Origin: Nitrospirota bacterium | GTDB taxonomy: Bacteria > Nitrospirota > Nitrospiria > SBBL01 > JAADHI01 | Reading direction: 5' to 3' | Assembly: GCA_029261165.1 (NCBI GenBank) | Contig: JAJDBV010000045.1 | Coordinates: forward strand, 13,271 to 77,270 | Length of the DNA stretch: 64,000 bases | Part shown: piece after piece, positions 48,897 to 58,950 of the stretch | Layout: each line of letters opens with the position of its first letter | Position numbering within the stretch: the stretch's first letter is position 1 | Program-made: the position numbers and the translations under genes | The notes under the pieces: generated by a model | Databases searched by the model: none | The model's input: only the letters and a program-made list of their open reading frames with translations | Told to the model about the DNA's origin: nothing

Positions 48897-49631
48897 TCAC
48901 CGAATGGTCTTGAAGGAGACTTTGACAACTCCCGATTCGACCACCTTTCCATAGACGACTTTTTTGGAGTCGAGGTTCTGAATGCCGATGATCTTTCCGA
49001 GAAAACCATCCTCTTTTGCTCTTCCCAGGGTCATGATTTGTAAGCCGCCCGACTCCAGTAGAAGAATGACCCGTTCTCCTCGGATGATCAGGGGAGTATC
49101 TTCGACCAGGTCAGGCCGGAATGGAACCCCTTTTCCCGTAGAGCGGGTGAGACGCAGGCCGACCAGTGACTCCGAACGGCTGACATAGTGATTTCGTTGA
49201 CGGGTTACAGACAGGGTTCGGGTCGTCAGATCGTCCGGGCGGAGCACATGATGCCTTTTGAGGGGGCGAGAGGCGACAACGATGGTGCGCATCCTTTCAA
49301 CCTCTGCGGTGACCCAGCGCGAGATCGGTCCACGGCCCTGCCCTTCGATGGACAGAATGAAGAGAACGCGTCCGAGCAACCTTCCTTTCGATCCCGCCCT
49401 GAGGCCTTTCACCTTTCCTGACGATGGAAATGATCCGCCGTCGCTTGGAACGACCCGACTCACACGGATTTCCTCCAGGCCGGCTGCCAACTGTTGGGCG
49501 ACATAGTCCTGGATCATGGCCGTAAGCGCGTCCTCATCATGGACAGCATTGCGGCCAGCTTCCGCCGGACTCGAGATGATCAGGGTGAGAAGGATCAAAC
49601 TTGTAGAAATAAAAGTCTTCATCATTGTCAC
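48897..49631 (-). CDS. flgA: P-ring assembly chaperone FlgA
   Basis: Signal peptide, then a C-terminal SAF/FlgA block 'IIRGERVILLLESGGLQIMTLGRAKEDGFLGKIIGIQNLDSKKVVYGKVV'. Confidence 0.8.
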   Translation of the reverse strand: MTMMKTFISTSLILLTLIISSPAEAGRNAVHDEDALTAMIQDYVAQQLAAGLEEIRVSRVVPSDGGSFPSSGKVKGLRAGSKGRLLGRVLFILSIEGQGRGPISRWVTAEVERMRTIVVASRPLKRHHVLRPDDLTTRTLSVTRQRNHYVSRSESLVGLRLTRSTGKGVPFRPDLVEDTPLIIRGERVILLLESGGLQIMTLGRAKEDGFLGKIIGIQNLDSKKVVYGKVVESGVVKVSFKTIR

Positions 49632-50413
49632 CGTTTCAGGTTATTGGCCATTGACATCATTTCGTCTGCTGTCTGAATTGCCTTGGAATTGAGTTCATAT
49701 GCACGCTGTGCCACAATCATATTGACCATTTCTTCAGCGATATTGACGTTAGATCCCTCAAGTGCTCCTTGAAGTATTGATCCGAGCCCTTCTTGTCCTG
49801 GAGTTCCTGTGACCGCTTCACCCGAGGCCGATGTGGGCTGAAAGAGATTTTTTCCCTTACTGTCAAGCCCGGAAGGATTTGTGAAACGGGCCAGCTCAAT
49901 TGTTCCGACCTGTGTGGGGGTCGGGTTTCCGGCCTGGATCACAGAAACCAGACCGCTGGGTGAGATATTAACGGTCTGTGCATCGGAGGGCACGGTAATA
50001 TCGGGAAGGATGGGAAAGCCATCGGATGTCACGATGCTTCCTTCGCTGTCCAACTTTAATGCCCCGGCGCGCGTATAGGCGATCGAACCGTCCGGCAGGG
50101 AAACCTGAAAAAATCCTGAACCTTCTATGGCCAAATCAAGAGGATTCTTGGTCTGCTCGAAATCCCCTTGTGCAAATGTACGGTAAACCGATACCGGATG
50201 TACTCCGGATCCGAGTTGAAGACCGACGGGCAGTGTTCCGATGCCTGTGTCGGTTCCGGGCGCCGTGATGGTCTGGTAAATGAGATCTTGAAAATCAAAA
50301 TTGCTTTTCTTAAATCCGGTTGTTGAAACATTGGCCAGATTATTTGAGATGATCTCTACCGAAATTTGTTGTGCCGCCATCCCGGTACTTGCGATAGATA
50401 AAGCCCGCATCAT
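49628..50413 (-). CDS. flgG: Distal rod protein FlgG
   Basis: 'MRALSIASTGMAAQQISVEIISNNLANVSTTGFK' and 'LEGSNVNIAEEMVNMIVAQRAYELNSKAIQTADEM'. Confidence 0.9.
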   Translation of the reverse strand: MMRALSIASTGMAAQQISVEIISNNLANVSTTGFKKSNFDFQDLIYQTITAPGTDTGIGTLPVGLQLGSGVHPVSVYRTFAQGDFEQTKNPLDLAIEGSGFFQVSLPDGSIAYTRAGALKLDSEGSIVTSDGFPILPDITVPSDAQTVNISPSGLVSVIQAGNPTPTQVGTIELARFTNPSGLDSKGKNLFQPTSASGEAVTGTPGQEGLGSILQGALEGSNVNIAEEMVNMIVAQRAYELNSKAIQTADEMMSMANNLKR

Positions 50414-50560
50414 GGTTCATTCCTCCTTAATAGAGATGGTGAGTTCTTCTTTTCTCCTTTACGAAGGGAGATAAATACAAGTGTTTCTATCGGGTATTTT
50501 CCTATCCTTTTACAAAGGAAATTATTGACGCCGATTACATCATATTGTGTCGGGGAGATT

Positions 50561-51325
50561 TTACGCCACACGGCCCACCTCGTTTGCGGCCTTCCCTGCA
50601 ATTTCATCTGCGGTCTGCATCGCTTTTTGAGCCGCTTCATACCGCCGTGTCACGGCAATCATGGCGACCATTTCCTCAACAGAGTTCACGTTCGACCCTT
50701 CCAGAGCGCCTTGCTGAATCAGCCCTTCTGTTGATGGCGTGGCCTCTGCACCTCCGGCATCGAAAAGGGTTGCACCCACCTTTGTAAGAGCGTCTGTATT
50801 CGCAAACCGAAAGATGGGCAAGAGGTCGATCTCTACCGGGGTTCCTCCAACGGTCTCGGACTCTCTTACAGAAATTCTTCCTTCAGCATCGATCATAATG
50901 GTTCCTGTCGGAAGTGAAATGGGACCGCCCGATCCTAGTATCTGGAATCCCCCTTGCGTCACGATTTCCCTTTCCGCGTTGAGCGTAAGATGTCCGTTTC
51001 GTGTATATCGAATGCCGGCCGGGGTCTGGACTGCCAAAAAACCCTCTCCAGCAATCGCCAGATCCAAGGGCTCCCCAGTCTGTCGAATCGGGCCGGGTGA
51101 AAAATCTGTTAAAATTTGATTGATGTTGCTGAACATCACTGAGGCCTGCGGTAATTGTAGATTCCGACTTGTAGTGGTCTCTTGTTCCATGCCGAGAATT
51201 CCCTCGAAAAGTGCGATATCCTTTTTAAACCCGTTGGTGTTGATATTTGCAAGGTTGTTGGTAATTACCTCTAAACGCTTTTCTTGCGCTAGGGCTCCAG
51301 ATAGAACCGGATAGATCACATCCAT
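50561..51325 (-). CDS. flgF: Proximal rod protein FlgF (FlgG-family paralog)
   Basis: 'LSGALAQEKRLEVITNNLANINTNGFK' and 'LEGSNVNSVEEMVAMIAVTRRYEAAQKAMQTADE'. Start taken at the Met at 51325. Confidence 0.8.
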   Translation of the reverse strand: MDVIYPVLSGALAQEKRLEVITNNLANINTNGFKKDIALFEGILGMEQETTTSRNLQLPQASVMFSNINQILTDFSPGPIRQTGEPLDLAIAGEGFLAVQTPAGIRYTRNGHLTLNAEREIVTQGGFQILGSGGPISLPTGTIMIDAEGRISVRESETVGGTPVEIDLLPIFRFANTDALTKVGATLFDAGGAEATPSTEGLIQQGALEGSNVNSVEEMVAMIAVTRRYEAAQKAMQTADEIAGKAANEVGRVA

Positions 51326-51365
51326 AACAGGCCTCTCGCTTCGACTAAGACTTGTTTGGTCAAAA

Positions 51366-51381
51366 TGCAATCTTCATGCCC
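51366..51381 (-). promoter_or_regulatory. Sigma-54-type promoter upstream of flgF
   Basis: The minus strand reads GGGCAT-GAAGA-TTGCA (GG-N10-GC). It is about 40 nt upstream of the flgF ATG. A CCGATAAG box abuts its 5' side. Confidence 0.55.
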
Positions 51382-51794
51382 TCTTATCGGGAGAATGGGG
51401 CGGTCTTTGCGGTACAAGATCTTTCGGACCGGTCTTTATTGCCGGTACCCTTAGGCAAAAAGTTCCTACTCGGTCGCGGAACAAGACTGGTGTGCCACCT
51501 TATCTCAAGTGGAATATTTCAAATAGCGTTTGTTTTTTAACACAGTGTAGTCAAAGAATTGACATGCGAGTCTATTGGGTTGAATTACGGTGTATGGTGA
51601 GCGGGGTTCAATCCTAAAAAGAAACGGGCTTATCATTCCGCAATTCGACGGAATTTTTTTGGCTTCGCCGGATTCCTTTATTTTGTTGAAGGGATAAACC
51701 ATTATCAGTATAGTCATGAACATAGACAGTGATTGCGCTTTAGAGTGCCCCGATTTGTCCTCAGCCATGAAGCACATGTTTGTAGAAAGACTGT

Positions 51795-52217
51795 ATGAGG
51801 CAGCGTAAAGAGAACGTTCAGGTCAGTATCTATATTCTATGGGTCAGTGCGGTTTTTACGGTCATGGTTTGTTTGGGTACCAGTCTTGCGAAAGAATTAC
51901 CTCTGCTTGTCGAACTCTCTGATCTTGGTGAAGTCTACGACGGAAAGAGAATCACGGTTTTTGGATGGGTCAAATCCACTGAGGTGAAGACCGGACGGCG
52001 GGGGAGTCTACATCTGGAACTTATCGTCGGAGAGGGGGATCATTCTGTTCATGTTTTTACGGTGAGGCCGGTTTCCCATATTTTGAATCGGAGGGTGATT
52101 GTCCAGGGGATCTTTCATGAACACGGAAGGTTTGCCGGACATGAGAAGGCGCATTTCATCGTCGCTGAAACGATTGTTAGAGATTGGGGTGAGTCGAAGA
52201 AGGGCGATGATTCTTGA
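51795..52217 (+). CDS. Hypothetical protein with an N-terminal membrane anchor/signal
   Basis: 140 aa. Hydrophobic N-terminus 'VSIYILWVSAVFTVMVCLG', then a beta-rich region. No family recognised. Confidence 0.45.
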   Translation: MRQRKENVQVSIYILWVSAVFTVMVCLGTSLAKELPLLVELSDLGEVYDGKRITVFGWVKSTEVKTGRRGSLHLELIVGEGDHSVHVFTVRPVSHILNRRVIVQGIFHEHGRFAGHEKAHFIVAETIVRDWGESKKGDDS

Positions 52218-52239
52218 GAAGGGTGTTCATCCAGACGTC

Positions 52240-53541
52240 TCAGCCGTACAAGTAAGAACATGCGGCAACCGCCCCGATGATCCCGGCCGCATCGGCGGTC
52301 AGCCCGGCGAAGAGGGCGTGACGGGAGCGACGAACCTGTACTGCGCCGAAATAAACGGCCAGGACATAGAATGTGGTTTCCGTTGATCCCTGTAAGGTAC
52401 TGACCAGGATACCGATGTAACTGTCGGGACCGATAGCCGGGTTGTTGATTGTTTCCGCTAAAAGTCCAAAAGCGCCGGATCCGGAAAGAGGCCGCATCAG
52501 GGCCATCGGCAGGGCTTCTGCGGGCAGACCGATCATTCCTGTAAATTGACCGATGGTTCCGATGATCATGTCCATCGCCCCGCTGTGGCGGAACATGCCG
52601 ACCGCAACCAGGATGGCGACCAAAAAAGGAATGATTTTTATCGCAACATTGAACCCGTCTTTCGCGCCCTCAACAAAAACCTCATAAATATTTACGCCGC
52701 GTGTGAAACCAAAGGACAATAAACTCACGGCCAGGCCCGGCACAATCCAAGGGCCGATTTCCTTGCCGTAAATGATTGCAAGGGGAATCAAGGTTATCAG
52801 TCCACCCAGAGCGAGATAAGAGATCCAGGCCGGATAAGCCCCGGCGTTCTCCTGCGCGGTTTTTTCTGATCCACTGCCACCGTCTGGGCCGGAATTTTCT
52901 CCCGGGTCTGTGGACTCCGGAAAATCGGATACTGGTGGAAACCGCTGATAGGTTTTCGCCGCGAGTATGGCAACGGTGGTTGAGCAGAGTGTTGCAAAGA
53001 GGGTGGTGGCCAGGATGCCCGCCGGATTGGTGGAACCGGCAGCGGCCCTTAATGCAATGACACCGGTCGGCAGTAATGTGACGCTGGAGGTGTTGATCGC
53101 GAGAAAGAGCGCCATGGCGTTGGTCGCCGTTCCCTTCCGGGGATTCAATTTGTCTAGCTCCTGCATTGCCCGAATGCCGAAGGGCGTTGCCGCATTTCCC
53201 AGCCCCATCGCATTTGCCGAAATGTTCATAATCATTGCTCCCATGGCCGGATGTTCGGCGGGGACGTCCGGAAAGAGCTTTACCATGATGGGCCGGACCA
53301 CACGCGCGATCATGCGAAGCAGACCTCCTTCTTCCGCAACTTTCATCAGGCCCAGGAAAAAAGCCATCACCCCGACGAGGCCGAGGGCCAATTCCACGGA
53401 ACCTTTGGCGGAAAGAACAATCCCCTCCGTCAAGGCCTGCATCGGAGAAACAGCGTCCGCGTCAATTGGGACCCACATGAATTGATGATAAGCGCTTGTG
53501 AGAAAAGCGATCAGTATGAGGAGGAAAAAAATAATATTCAA
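52240..53541 (-). CDS. Fused SpmA/SpmB-like nucleoside-recognition (Gate) domain membrane protein
   Basis: 433 aa, polytopic. 'ELALGLVGVMAFFLGLMKVAEEGG', 'MNISANAMGLGNAATPFGIRAM', 'RPLSGSGAFG'. Confidence 0.7.
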   Translation of the reverse strand: MNIIFFLLILIAFLTSAYHQFMWVPIDADAVSPMQALTEGIVLSAKGSVELALGLVGVMAFFLGLMKVAEEGGLLRMIARVVRPIMVKLFPDVPAEHPAMGAMIMNISANAMGLGNAATPFGIRAMQELDKLNPRKGTATNAMALFLAINTSSVTLLPTGVIALRAAAGSTNPAGILATTLFATLCSTTVAILAAKTYQRFPPVSDFPESTDPGENSGPDGGSGSEKTAQENAGAYPAWISYLALGGLITLIPLAIIYGKEIGPWIVPGLAVSLLSFGFTRGVNIYEVFVEGAKDGFNVAIKIIPFLVAILVAVGMFRHSGAMDMIIGTIGQFTGMIGLPAEALPMALMRPLSGSGAFGLLAETINNPAIGPDSYIGILVSTLQGSTETTFYVLAVYFGAVQVRRSRHALFAGLTADAAGIIGAVAACSYLYG

Positions 53542-53827
53542 GTTAATGCCTCAGATCAAGGGGTGTGTCGGGAAAATAGGATCGTAGCGAGGTGAATGAA
53601 AAATAGAGACAAGTTTTCGGATTATTTGAGGCGAATAGCCCGCTATTTAACGAAAATGATCTGCAAAAATGGGCCTATTTGTCATCACTGTAGTAGATCC
53701 CTTATTTCTCCGGCACACTCCTAAGTTCAATCATAGCGATTTTTGACTTCCAGTCAACAACAAATCAGAATATCCCTCAAATCTCAGATCCGTTACTGGA
53801 GGCAGTCTATGAATAGTAAATAATATG

Positions 53828-53856
53828 TTGACAATTTATTATTTAGGGCCTATATT
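53828..53856 (+). promoter_or_regulatory. Sigma-70-type promoter of the TetR gene (implies a leaderless mRNA)
   Basis: TTGACA (53828-53833), a 17-nt spacer, then TATATT (53851-53856). The ATG at 53864 begins 7 nt after the -10, and no SD is present. Confidence 0.55.
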
Positions 53857-53863
53857 TAATTTC

Positions 53864-54457
53864 ATGCAGGCGAGCGTAGAAATAAAACAACAAATTATTG
53901 ATGTGGCCGATACCCGGTTTCGACGTTATGGTTTTGGCAAAACAACCATGGCTGAGATTGCCAAAGATTGCAGTATGTCAGCGGCCAATCTCTATCGATA
54001 TTTTGACAATAAGCAAAAGATCGGGGTTGAAATCGCGGAGAATTGCATACGGAACAAGGAAAAAGTAGGCAGGGGGGTCCTCCAGCGGGAAAATCTATCT
54101 GCAAGCGTCCGTCTGGAAGTTTTTTTCGTGGAGATACTCCGTTACACACATGATCTCTGCGCGGATGATCCCCATCTCTTTGAACTCGTGTCATTTATTT
54201 CCCAGGAACATCCGGACCTTGTCCTGAGGCATCAAGAGTCGCTTCGCTCTTTTGTCGCCGAGATCCTTGCAGAAGGAAACCGAACGGGAGAGTTTGAGGT
54301 ACTAGATATCATTGCAACGGCCCAAACCCTCTTGTTTGCGACGGTTCATTTTTATTATCCACCACTGGTTGCGATGAAAACCCCTTCTCTGGAAGAGCTT
54401 AATCAGGCAGCAAAAGGCGTTATTGCTCTTATTATTGGAGGGATCTCCAAGCACTAA
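53864..54457 (+). CDS. TetR-family transcriptional regulator
   Basis: HTH 'RFRRYGFGKTTMAEIAKDCSMSAANLYRYFDNK'. Start chosen at 53864, because the longer ORF (53825) would overlap its own promoter. Confidence 0.85.
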   Translation: MQASVEIKQQIIDVADTRFRRYGFGKTTMAEIAKDCSMSAANLYRYFDNKQKIGVEIAENCIRNKEKVGRGVLQRENLSASVRLEVFFVEILRYTHDLCADDPHLFELVSFISQEHPDLVLRHQESLRSFVAEILAEGNRTGEFEVLDIIATAQTLLFATVHFYYPPLVAMKTPSLEELNQAAKGVIALIIGGISKH

Positions 54458-54562
54458 TTTTTTTGTTTTACAGTGAATATTATACAATAAATTTAATAGT
54501 TATCTTTCATGGTTTTTTATAGAAATTAGAGTAATCGCGCTTAAAAAAAGGGGGAGAGAGAC

Positions 54563-56890
54563 ATGGACGGAAAAAGACTGGGTGAATGGGTCATACGATT
54601 CAGATGGTTGATTATCTTGGTGACACTTTCCATTGCGATGGCCTCGGGGAGTGGTGGGCGGTTTCTTGGATTTTCGACGGACTATCGGGTCTTCTTCGGG
54701 AAAAATAATCCACAGCTCCAGGCCTTTGAAAGCCTGCAGGATACCTATACTAAGAACGACAATGTTCTCTTTGCCATCGCCCCCAACAATGGCAAGGTCT
54801 TCACCCGCGAGACCCTGTCTCTTATCGAGGCTTTGACAAAAGATGCCTGGCAGATTCCCTATTCGATTCGCGTTGATTCGATCACCAACTTTCAACATAC
54901 CTGGGCAGATGGGGACGAATTGATCGTGGAAGGATTGGTAAACAATGCGGACGCTCTATCTGACGCCGATCTGGATCGGATAAGGAAAATTGCCCTTGCA
55001 GAACCGCTCCTGTTAAACCGAAATATCTCTCCCGCAACTGACGTAACAGGAATCAATGTCACGATAAACCTCCCAGGAAAGTCGATGAACGAAGTCCCGA
55101 AGGTAGTCGCCTTTGTCCGAGAAATGGCACAAAATATAGAGACCGCATATCCTGAAATTAGGGTTTATTTAAGCGGCATGGTGATGATGAATAATTCATT
55201 CTCAGAGGCAAGTCAGGACGATATGTCTACCCTGATGCCGCTGATGTACCTGGTCCTCATTGTCACCATGGGGCTGATGCTCCGGTCGTTTTCCGGAACC
55301 TTCGCCGCGGTCTTGGTCATCGGCCTCTCCGCATTTACGGCGCTGGGTTTGGCCGGGTGGGCCGGTATTCTCTTTACGCCGCCCTCCGCCAGTGCCCCAA
55401 CAATCATCCTGACCTTGGCAGTGGCAGACAGTGTCCACTTCCTGGTCACGATGTTCCAGGAGATGCGTCGTGGAAAGACCAAGCGAGAAGCGATCATCGA
55501 ATCGATGCGGATCAATCTCCTGCCTATCTTTTTGACCTCTTTAACCACGGCCATCGGTTTTTTAAGTATGAATACCAGCGACTCTCCTCCTTTTCATGAT
55601 CTCGGAAACATGGTCGCGACGGGTGTGATCGCCGCTTTTTTATACTCGATCCTCTTCCTTCCTGCCATGATGTCGGTGTTGCCGGTTTGGATCAAGGGCC
55701 ATAAGAAAAGTTCACTTTTATTTATGGATCGTTTTGGCAACTTTGTGGTCAATCGTCGAAGACCGCTCTTTTTGGTGATGCTTGCCATTACACTCCTCTT
55801 TGTTTTCTCCGTCTCATTGAATCGCTTTAATGATCAGTTTGTGAATTATTTTGATGACCGTTACACCTTTCGGACGGACACCGACTTCATCGTCGATCAC
55901 CTCACTGGGATTTACCAGATCGAGTATTCACTCGATTCCGGAGAGGAAGGCGGCGTCAGTAATCCAGAATACCTTAAGACACTAGAGGCATTTGGCGAGT
56001 GGTACAAGGAACAGGCCAGCGTACTTCATGTCAGTTCTCTGACGGATATCATGAAGCGGCTCAATCAAAACATGCATGGCGATGATCCAAGCTATTATCG
56101 AATTCCAGAGAATCGGGAACTCTCTGCCCAATATCTTCTCTTGTATGAGATGTCGCTCCCTTATGGACTGGACCTGAATAACCAGATTAACGTAAAAAAA
56201 TCGGCCACCCGTTTCAGCGTGACCCTGGAGAACGTCACGACGAATGAGATGTTGGCACTTGAGGAAAGGGCACAGCAATGGCTCCGAGATAATGCCCTTC
56301 CTTCGATGCAAGTGCCTGGAGCCAGCACCACGATTATGTTTTCCCACATTTCTGAACGGAACATCAATAGTATGATGGTGGGTACCGCACTGGCTCTGAT
56401 TCTGATCTCCGGAATCCTGGTCTTCTCCTTGCGGGATGTCAAGATCGGTCTCATGAGCATCATCCCGAACCTGGTCCCAGCCGCGATGGCTTTTGGTCTC
56501 TGGGGGTTGATGGTGGGAGAGATCGGTGTCGGGACGTCGATCGTGGTCGGTATGAGTCTCGGCATCGTGGTAGACGACACCGTCCATTTCCTGAGTAAAT
56601 ACATCCGTGCAAAACGGGAACATGGGATGAACAGTCAGGACGCGGTCCGTTACGCATTTCACAACGTGGGGACTGCGCTATGGGTTACGTCATTCATCTT
56701 AACCGCCGGATTTTCTGTGCTTAATTTCTCCGGGTTCTCAATGAATTCTGAGATGGGGCTCCTAACCGCCATTACCATCTCTTTTGCCCTGGTGGCAGAT
56801 TTTTTACTCCTTCCGCCATTGTTGATGATCATGGAAGGGACGAAGCCTGAGAAAGTGATGCGCCCTGTGAATGAACCGAGCAGAGTTTAG
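54563..56890 (+). CDS. RND-superfamily MMPL/SSD-type transporter (12 TM, two large periplasmic loops)
   Basis: 775 aa with duplicated halves. 'TLAVADSVHFL' and 'GIVVDDTVHFLSKY' are repeated RND TM4-type motifs. RBS GGGGGAGAG. Confidence 0.85.
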   Translation: MDGKRLGEWVIRFRWLIILVTLSIAMASGSGGRFLGFSTDYRVFFGKNNPQLQAFESLQDTYTKNDNVLFAIAPNNGKVFTRETLSLIEALTKDAWQIPYSIRVDSITNFQHTWADGDELIVEGLVNNADALSDADLDRIRKIALAEPLLLNRNISPATDVTGINVTINLPGKSMNEVPKVVAFVREMAQNIETAYPEIRVYLSGMVMMNNSFSEASQDDMSTLMPLMYLVLIVTMGLMLRSFSGTFAAVLVIGLSAFTALGLAGWAGILFTPPSASAPTIILTLAVADSVHFLVTMFQEMRRGKTKREAIIESMRINLLPIFLTSLTTAIGFLSMNTSDSPPFHDLGNMVATGVIAAFLYSILFLPAMMSVLPVWIKGHKKSSLLFMDRFGNFVVNRRRPLFLVMLAITLLFVFSVSLNRFNDQFVNYFDDRYTFRTDTDFIVDHLTGIYQIEYSLDSGEEGGVSNPEYLKTLEAFGEWYKEQASVLHVSSLTDIMKRLNQNMHGDDPSYYRIPENRELSAQYLLLYEMSLPYGLDLNNQINVKKSATRFSVTLENVTTNEMLALEERAQQWLRDNALPSMQVPGASTTIMFSHISERNINSMMVGTALALILISGILVFSLRDVKIGLMSIIPNLVPAAMAFGLWGLMVGEIGVGTSIVVGMSLGIVVDDTVHFLSKYIRAKREHGMNSQDAVRYAFHNVGTALWVTSFILTAGFSVLNFSGFSMNSEMGLLTAITISFALVADFLLLPPLLMIMEGTKPEKVMRPVNEPSRV

Positions 56891-56902
56891 AAAGGAGCTA
56901 AA

Positions 56903-57685
56903 ATGAAACGTTTTATACTTTTTTGGGTTGTATTGTTATTGCTTCCAGTCGCATCTTTTTCCGAAACCCCGGAAGAAAAGGGTCTGGCCATTGCCATGGA
57001 GGCCGATCTCCGCGACAATGGATTTGGAGACTTTACTTCTCAGCTAAAAATGGTCTTAAGGAACCGGCAAGGAGAATCAAGTACGCGTGTCATCCGAAAC
57101 CAGACGCTGGAGGTTGAGGGTGATGGAGACAAGTCTCTCATTATTTTTGACAATCCGAGGGACGTCAAGGGGACGGCTTTCCTCAGCTTTACACACAAGG
57201 TCAAAAATGACGATCAATGGCTTTTTCTTCCCGCATTGAAACGCGTCAAACGCATCAGTTCTTCCAATAAGTCCGGCTCTTTTATGGGCAGCGAGTTTGC
57301 CTATGAGGACATTACAAGTCAAGAGGTTGAAAAATATACCTACCGATGGCTTCGGGACGAGGCCTATGAAGGACAGTCAACTTTCGTCATCGAACGAGAT
57401 CCTGTCGACCCCAAATCGGGATATACCCGCCAGGTGGTCTGGATTGATCAGGCGGAATATCGGCCTTTGAAGATTGAATACTACGACCGAAAAAATGACC
57501 GGCTTAAGACCTTGATTTATCATGGGTATCAGCAATATCTTGGAAAATTCTGGCGGGCGGACCGGATGGAGATGGTCAATCATCAGACTGGAAAGGGGAC
57601 GGTCCTCAACTGGAAGGATTACAAATTCAAAACCGGACTGACAGATCGGAACTTCAACAAAAACAGCCTGAAACGGGTCCGGTGA
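56903..57685 (+). CDS. LolA-like outer-membrane lipoprotein-sorting family protein
   Basis: Signal peptide. 'DDQWLFLPALKRVKRISSSNKSGSFMGSEFAYEDI' is characteristic of the LolA-like partners of MMPL/RND genes. Confidence 0.75.
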   Translation: MKRFILFWVVLLLLPVASFSETPEEKGLAIAMEADLRDNGFGDFTSQLKMVLRNRQGESSTRVIRNQTLEVEGDGDKSLIIFDNPRDVKGTAFLSFTHKVKNDDQWLFLPALKRVKRISSSNKSGSFMGSEFAYEDITSQEVEKYTYRWLRDEAYEGQSTFVIERDPVDPKSGYTRQVVWIDQAEYRPLKIEYYDRKNDRLKTLIYHGYQQYLGKFWRADRMEMVNHQTGKGTVLNWKDYKFKTGLTDRNFNKNSLKRVR

Positions 57686-58884
57686 GACTTCCCCCTTTGA
57701 TACGTTTTATGCCCTTACTCATTTTATGCAGCTTTGGCGTCTTCATGCCAGAGGCCATGGCAAATGAGTTAACAGGTTATGTCGCCATTGAGGGGCGTTT
57801 ATTTTTTGACGATTCGCTCCATACTGGTCAAAGGGAACAACAGAGTTCTATCATAGCGAAGCCGGAGTACTTCCACGAATGGAAAGAGAGCATTCTCACC
57901 GTTGCCCCCTTTTTTCGTCTCGACAGTGCCGATTCAAAACGGAGTCATGTTGACATCAGAGAATTCTTTGTCCTCTGGTATCCGGAGGCTTTTGAGCTTG
58001 GCATTGGCATCCGAAAAGTTTTCTGGGGAGTGACGGAGTCTCAGCATCTGGTAGATATCATCAATCAGACCGACCTTGTGGAACTCCCGGACGGAGAAGA
58101 AAAGCTCGGCCAGCCGATGGTCAACCTTTCACTCTTAAGAGATTGGGGAACCCTTGATCTTTATCTCCTCCCGTATTTTCGAGAGCGCACCTTTCCAAGT
58201 CTTAAAGGAAGACTTCGCTCCTCTTTGGTTGTCGAGACCGACCGGACGCGATATGAAAGCGGCGCGAAACAACACCATCTGGATGTTGCGGCCCGTTACA
58301 GTCAGACCTTTGGGGATTGGGATGTTGGCCTCTCCTATTTCCAGGGTACGGGTCGAGAACCCACCTTGATCCCAGGGGCAGATGCTTCAGGCAATCCAGT
58401 CCTAATACCCTTCTACGAACAGATCGGCCAAACCGGTCTGGAGCTTCAATGGGTCGTGGAAGAATGGCTCTGGAAGCTTGAGATGATCCACCGGGTTGGC
58501 CAAGGGGATTCTTTTGAGGCTTGGACGGGTGGTTTCGAATATACTTTTACCGCACTTTTTGGGAGTAAGATGGATCTTGGGGTCATTGGAGAATGGCTGC
58601 ATGATACGCGGGGAGAAGCGGCCCCCACACCTTTTGAAGAGGACATCATGGTCGGGTTTCGGCTCGGCGTCAACGATATGGCGAGCACAGAACTCCTTTT
58701 CGGAGTGATCCAGGACCTTGAGCGATCAGACCGAATTCTCAGTCTAGAAGCGAGTCGCCGCATCACCGACCATTGGAAGATAGAAATTGAAGCATTCATC
58801 TTTGCGCGACAGTCTCCCAATGAACTTCTTTTTTCTCAAAGGGATGATGATTTTCTCCAGGCTTCATTGTTTTATCACTTTTAA
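57682..58884 (+). CDS. Putative outer-membrane beta-barrel protein, third member of the RND/LolA-like set
   Basis: Signal peptide 'LLILCSFGVFMPEAMA', alternating beta-strand pattern, C-terminal 'LQASLFYHF'. 4-nt overlap with the upstream gene. Confidence 0.5.
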   Translation: MRLPPLIRFMPLLILCSFGVFMPEAMANELTGYVAIEGRLFFDDSLHTGQREQQSSIIAKPEYFHEWKESILTVAPFFRLDSADSKRSHVDIREFFVLWYPEAFELGIGIRKVFWGVTESQHLVDIINQTDLVELPDGEEKLGQPMVNLSLLRDWGTLDLYLLPYFRERTFPSLKGRLRSSLVVETDRTRYESGAKQHHLDVAARYSQTFGDWDVGLSYFQGTGREPTLIPGADASGNPVLIPFYEQIGQTGLELQWVVEEWLWKLEMIHRVGQGDSFEAWTGGFEYTFTALFGSKMDLGVIGEWLHDTRGEAAPTPFEEDIMVGFRLGVNDMASTELLFGVIQDLERSDRILSLEASRRITDHWKIEIEAFIFARQSPNELLFSQRDDDFLQASLFYHF

Positions 58885-58950
58885 CGAGGCACCCTGAATC
58901 TCTAATCCGGCGATACGATGTGTTCCTCTCCTTGCAGACCTCAGAAAAGT

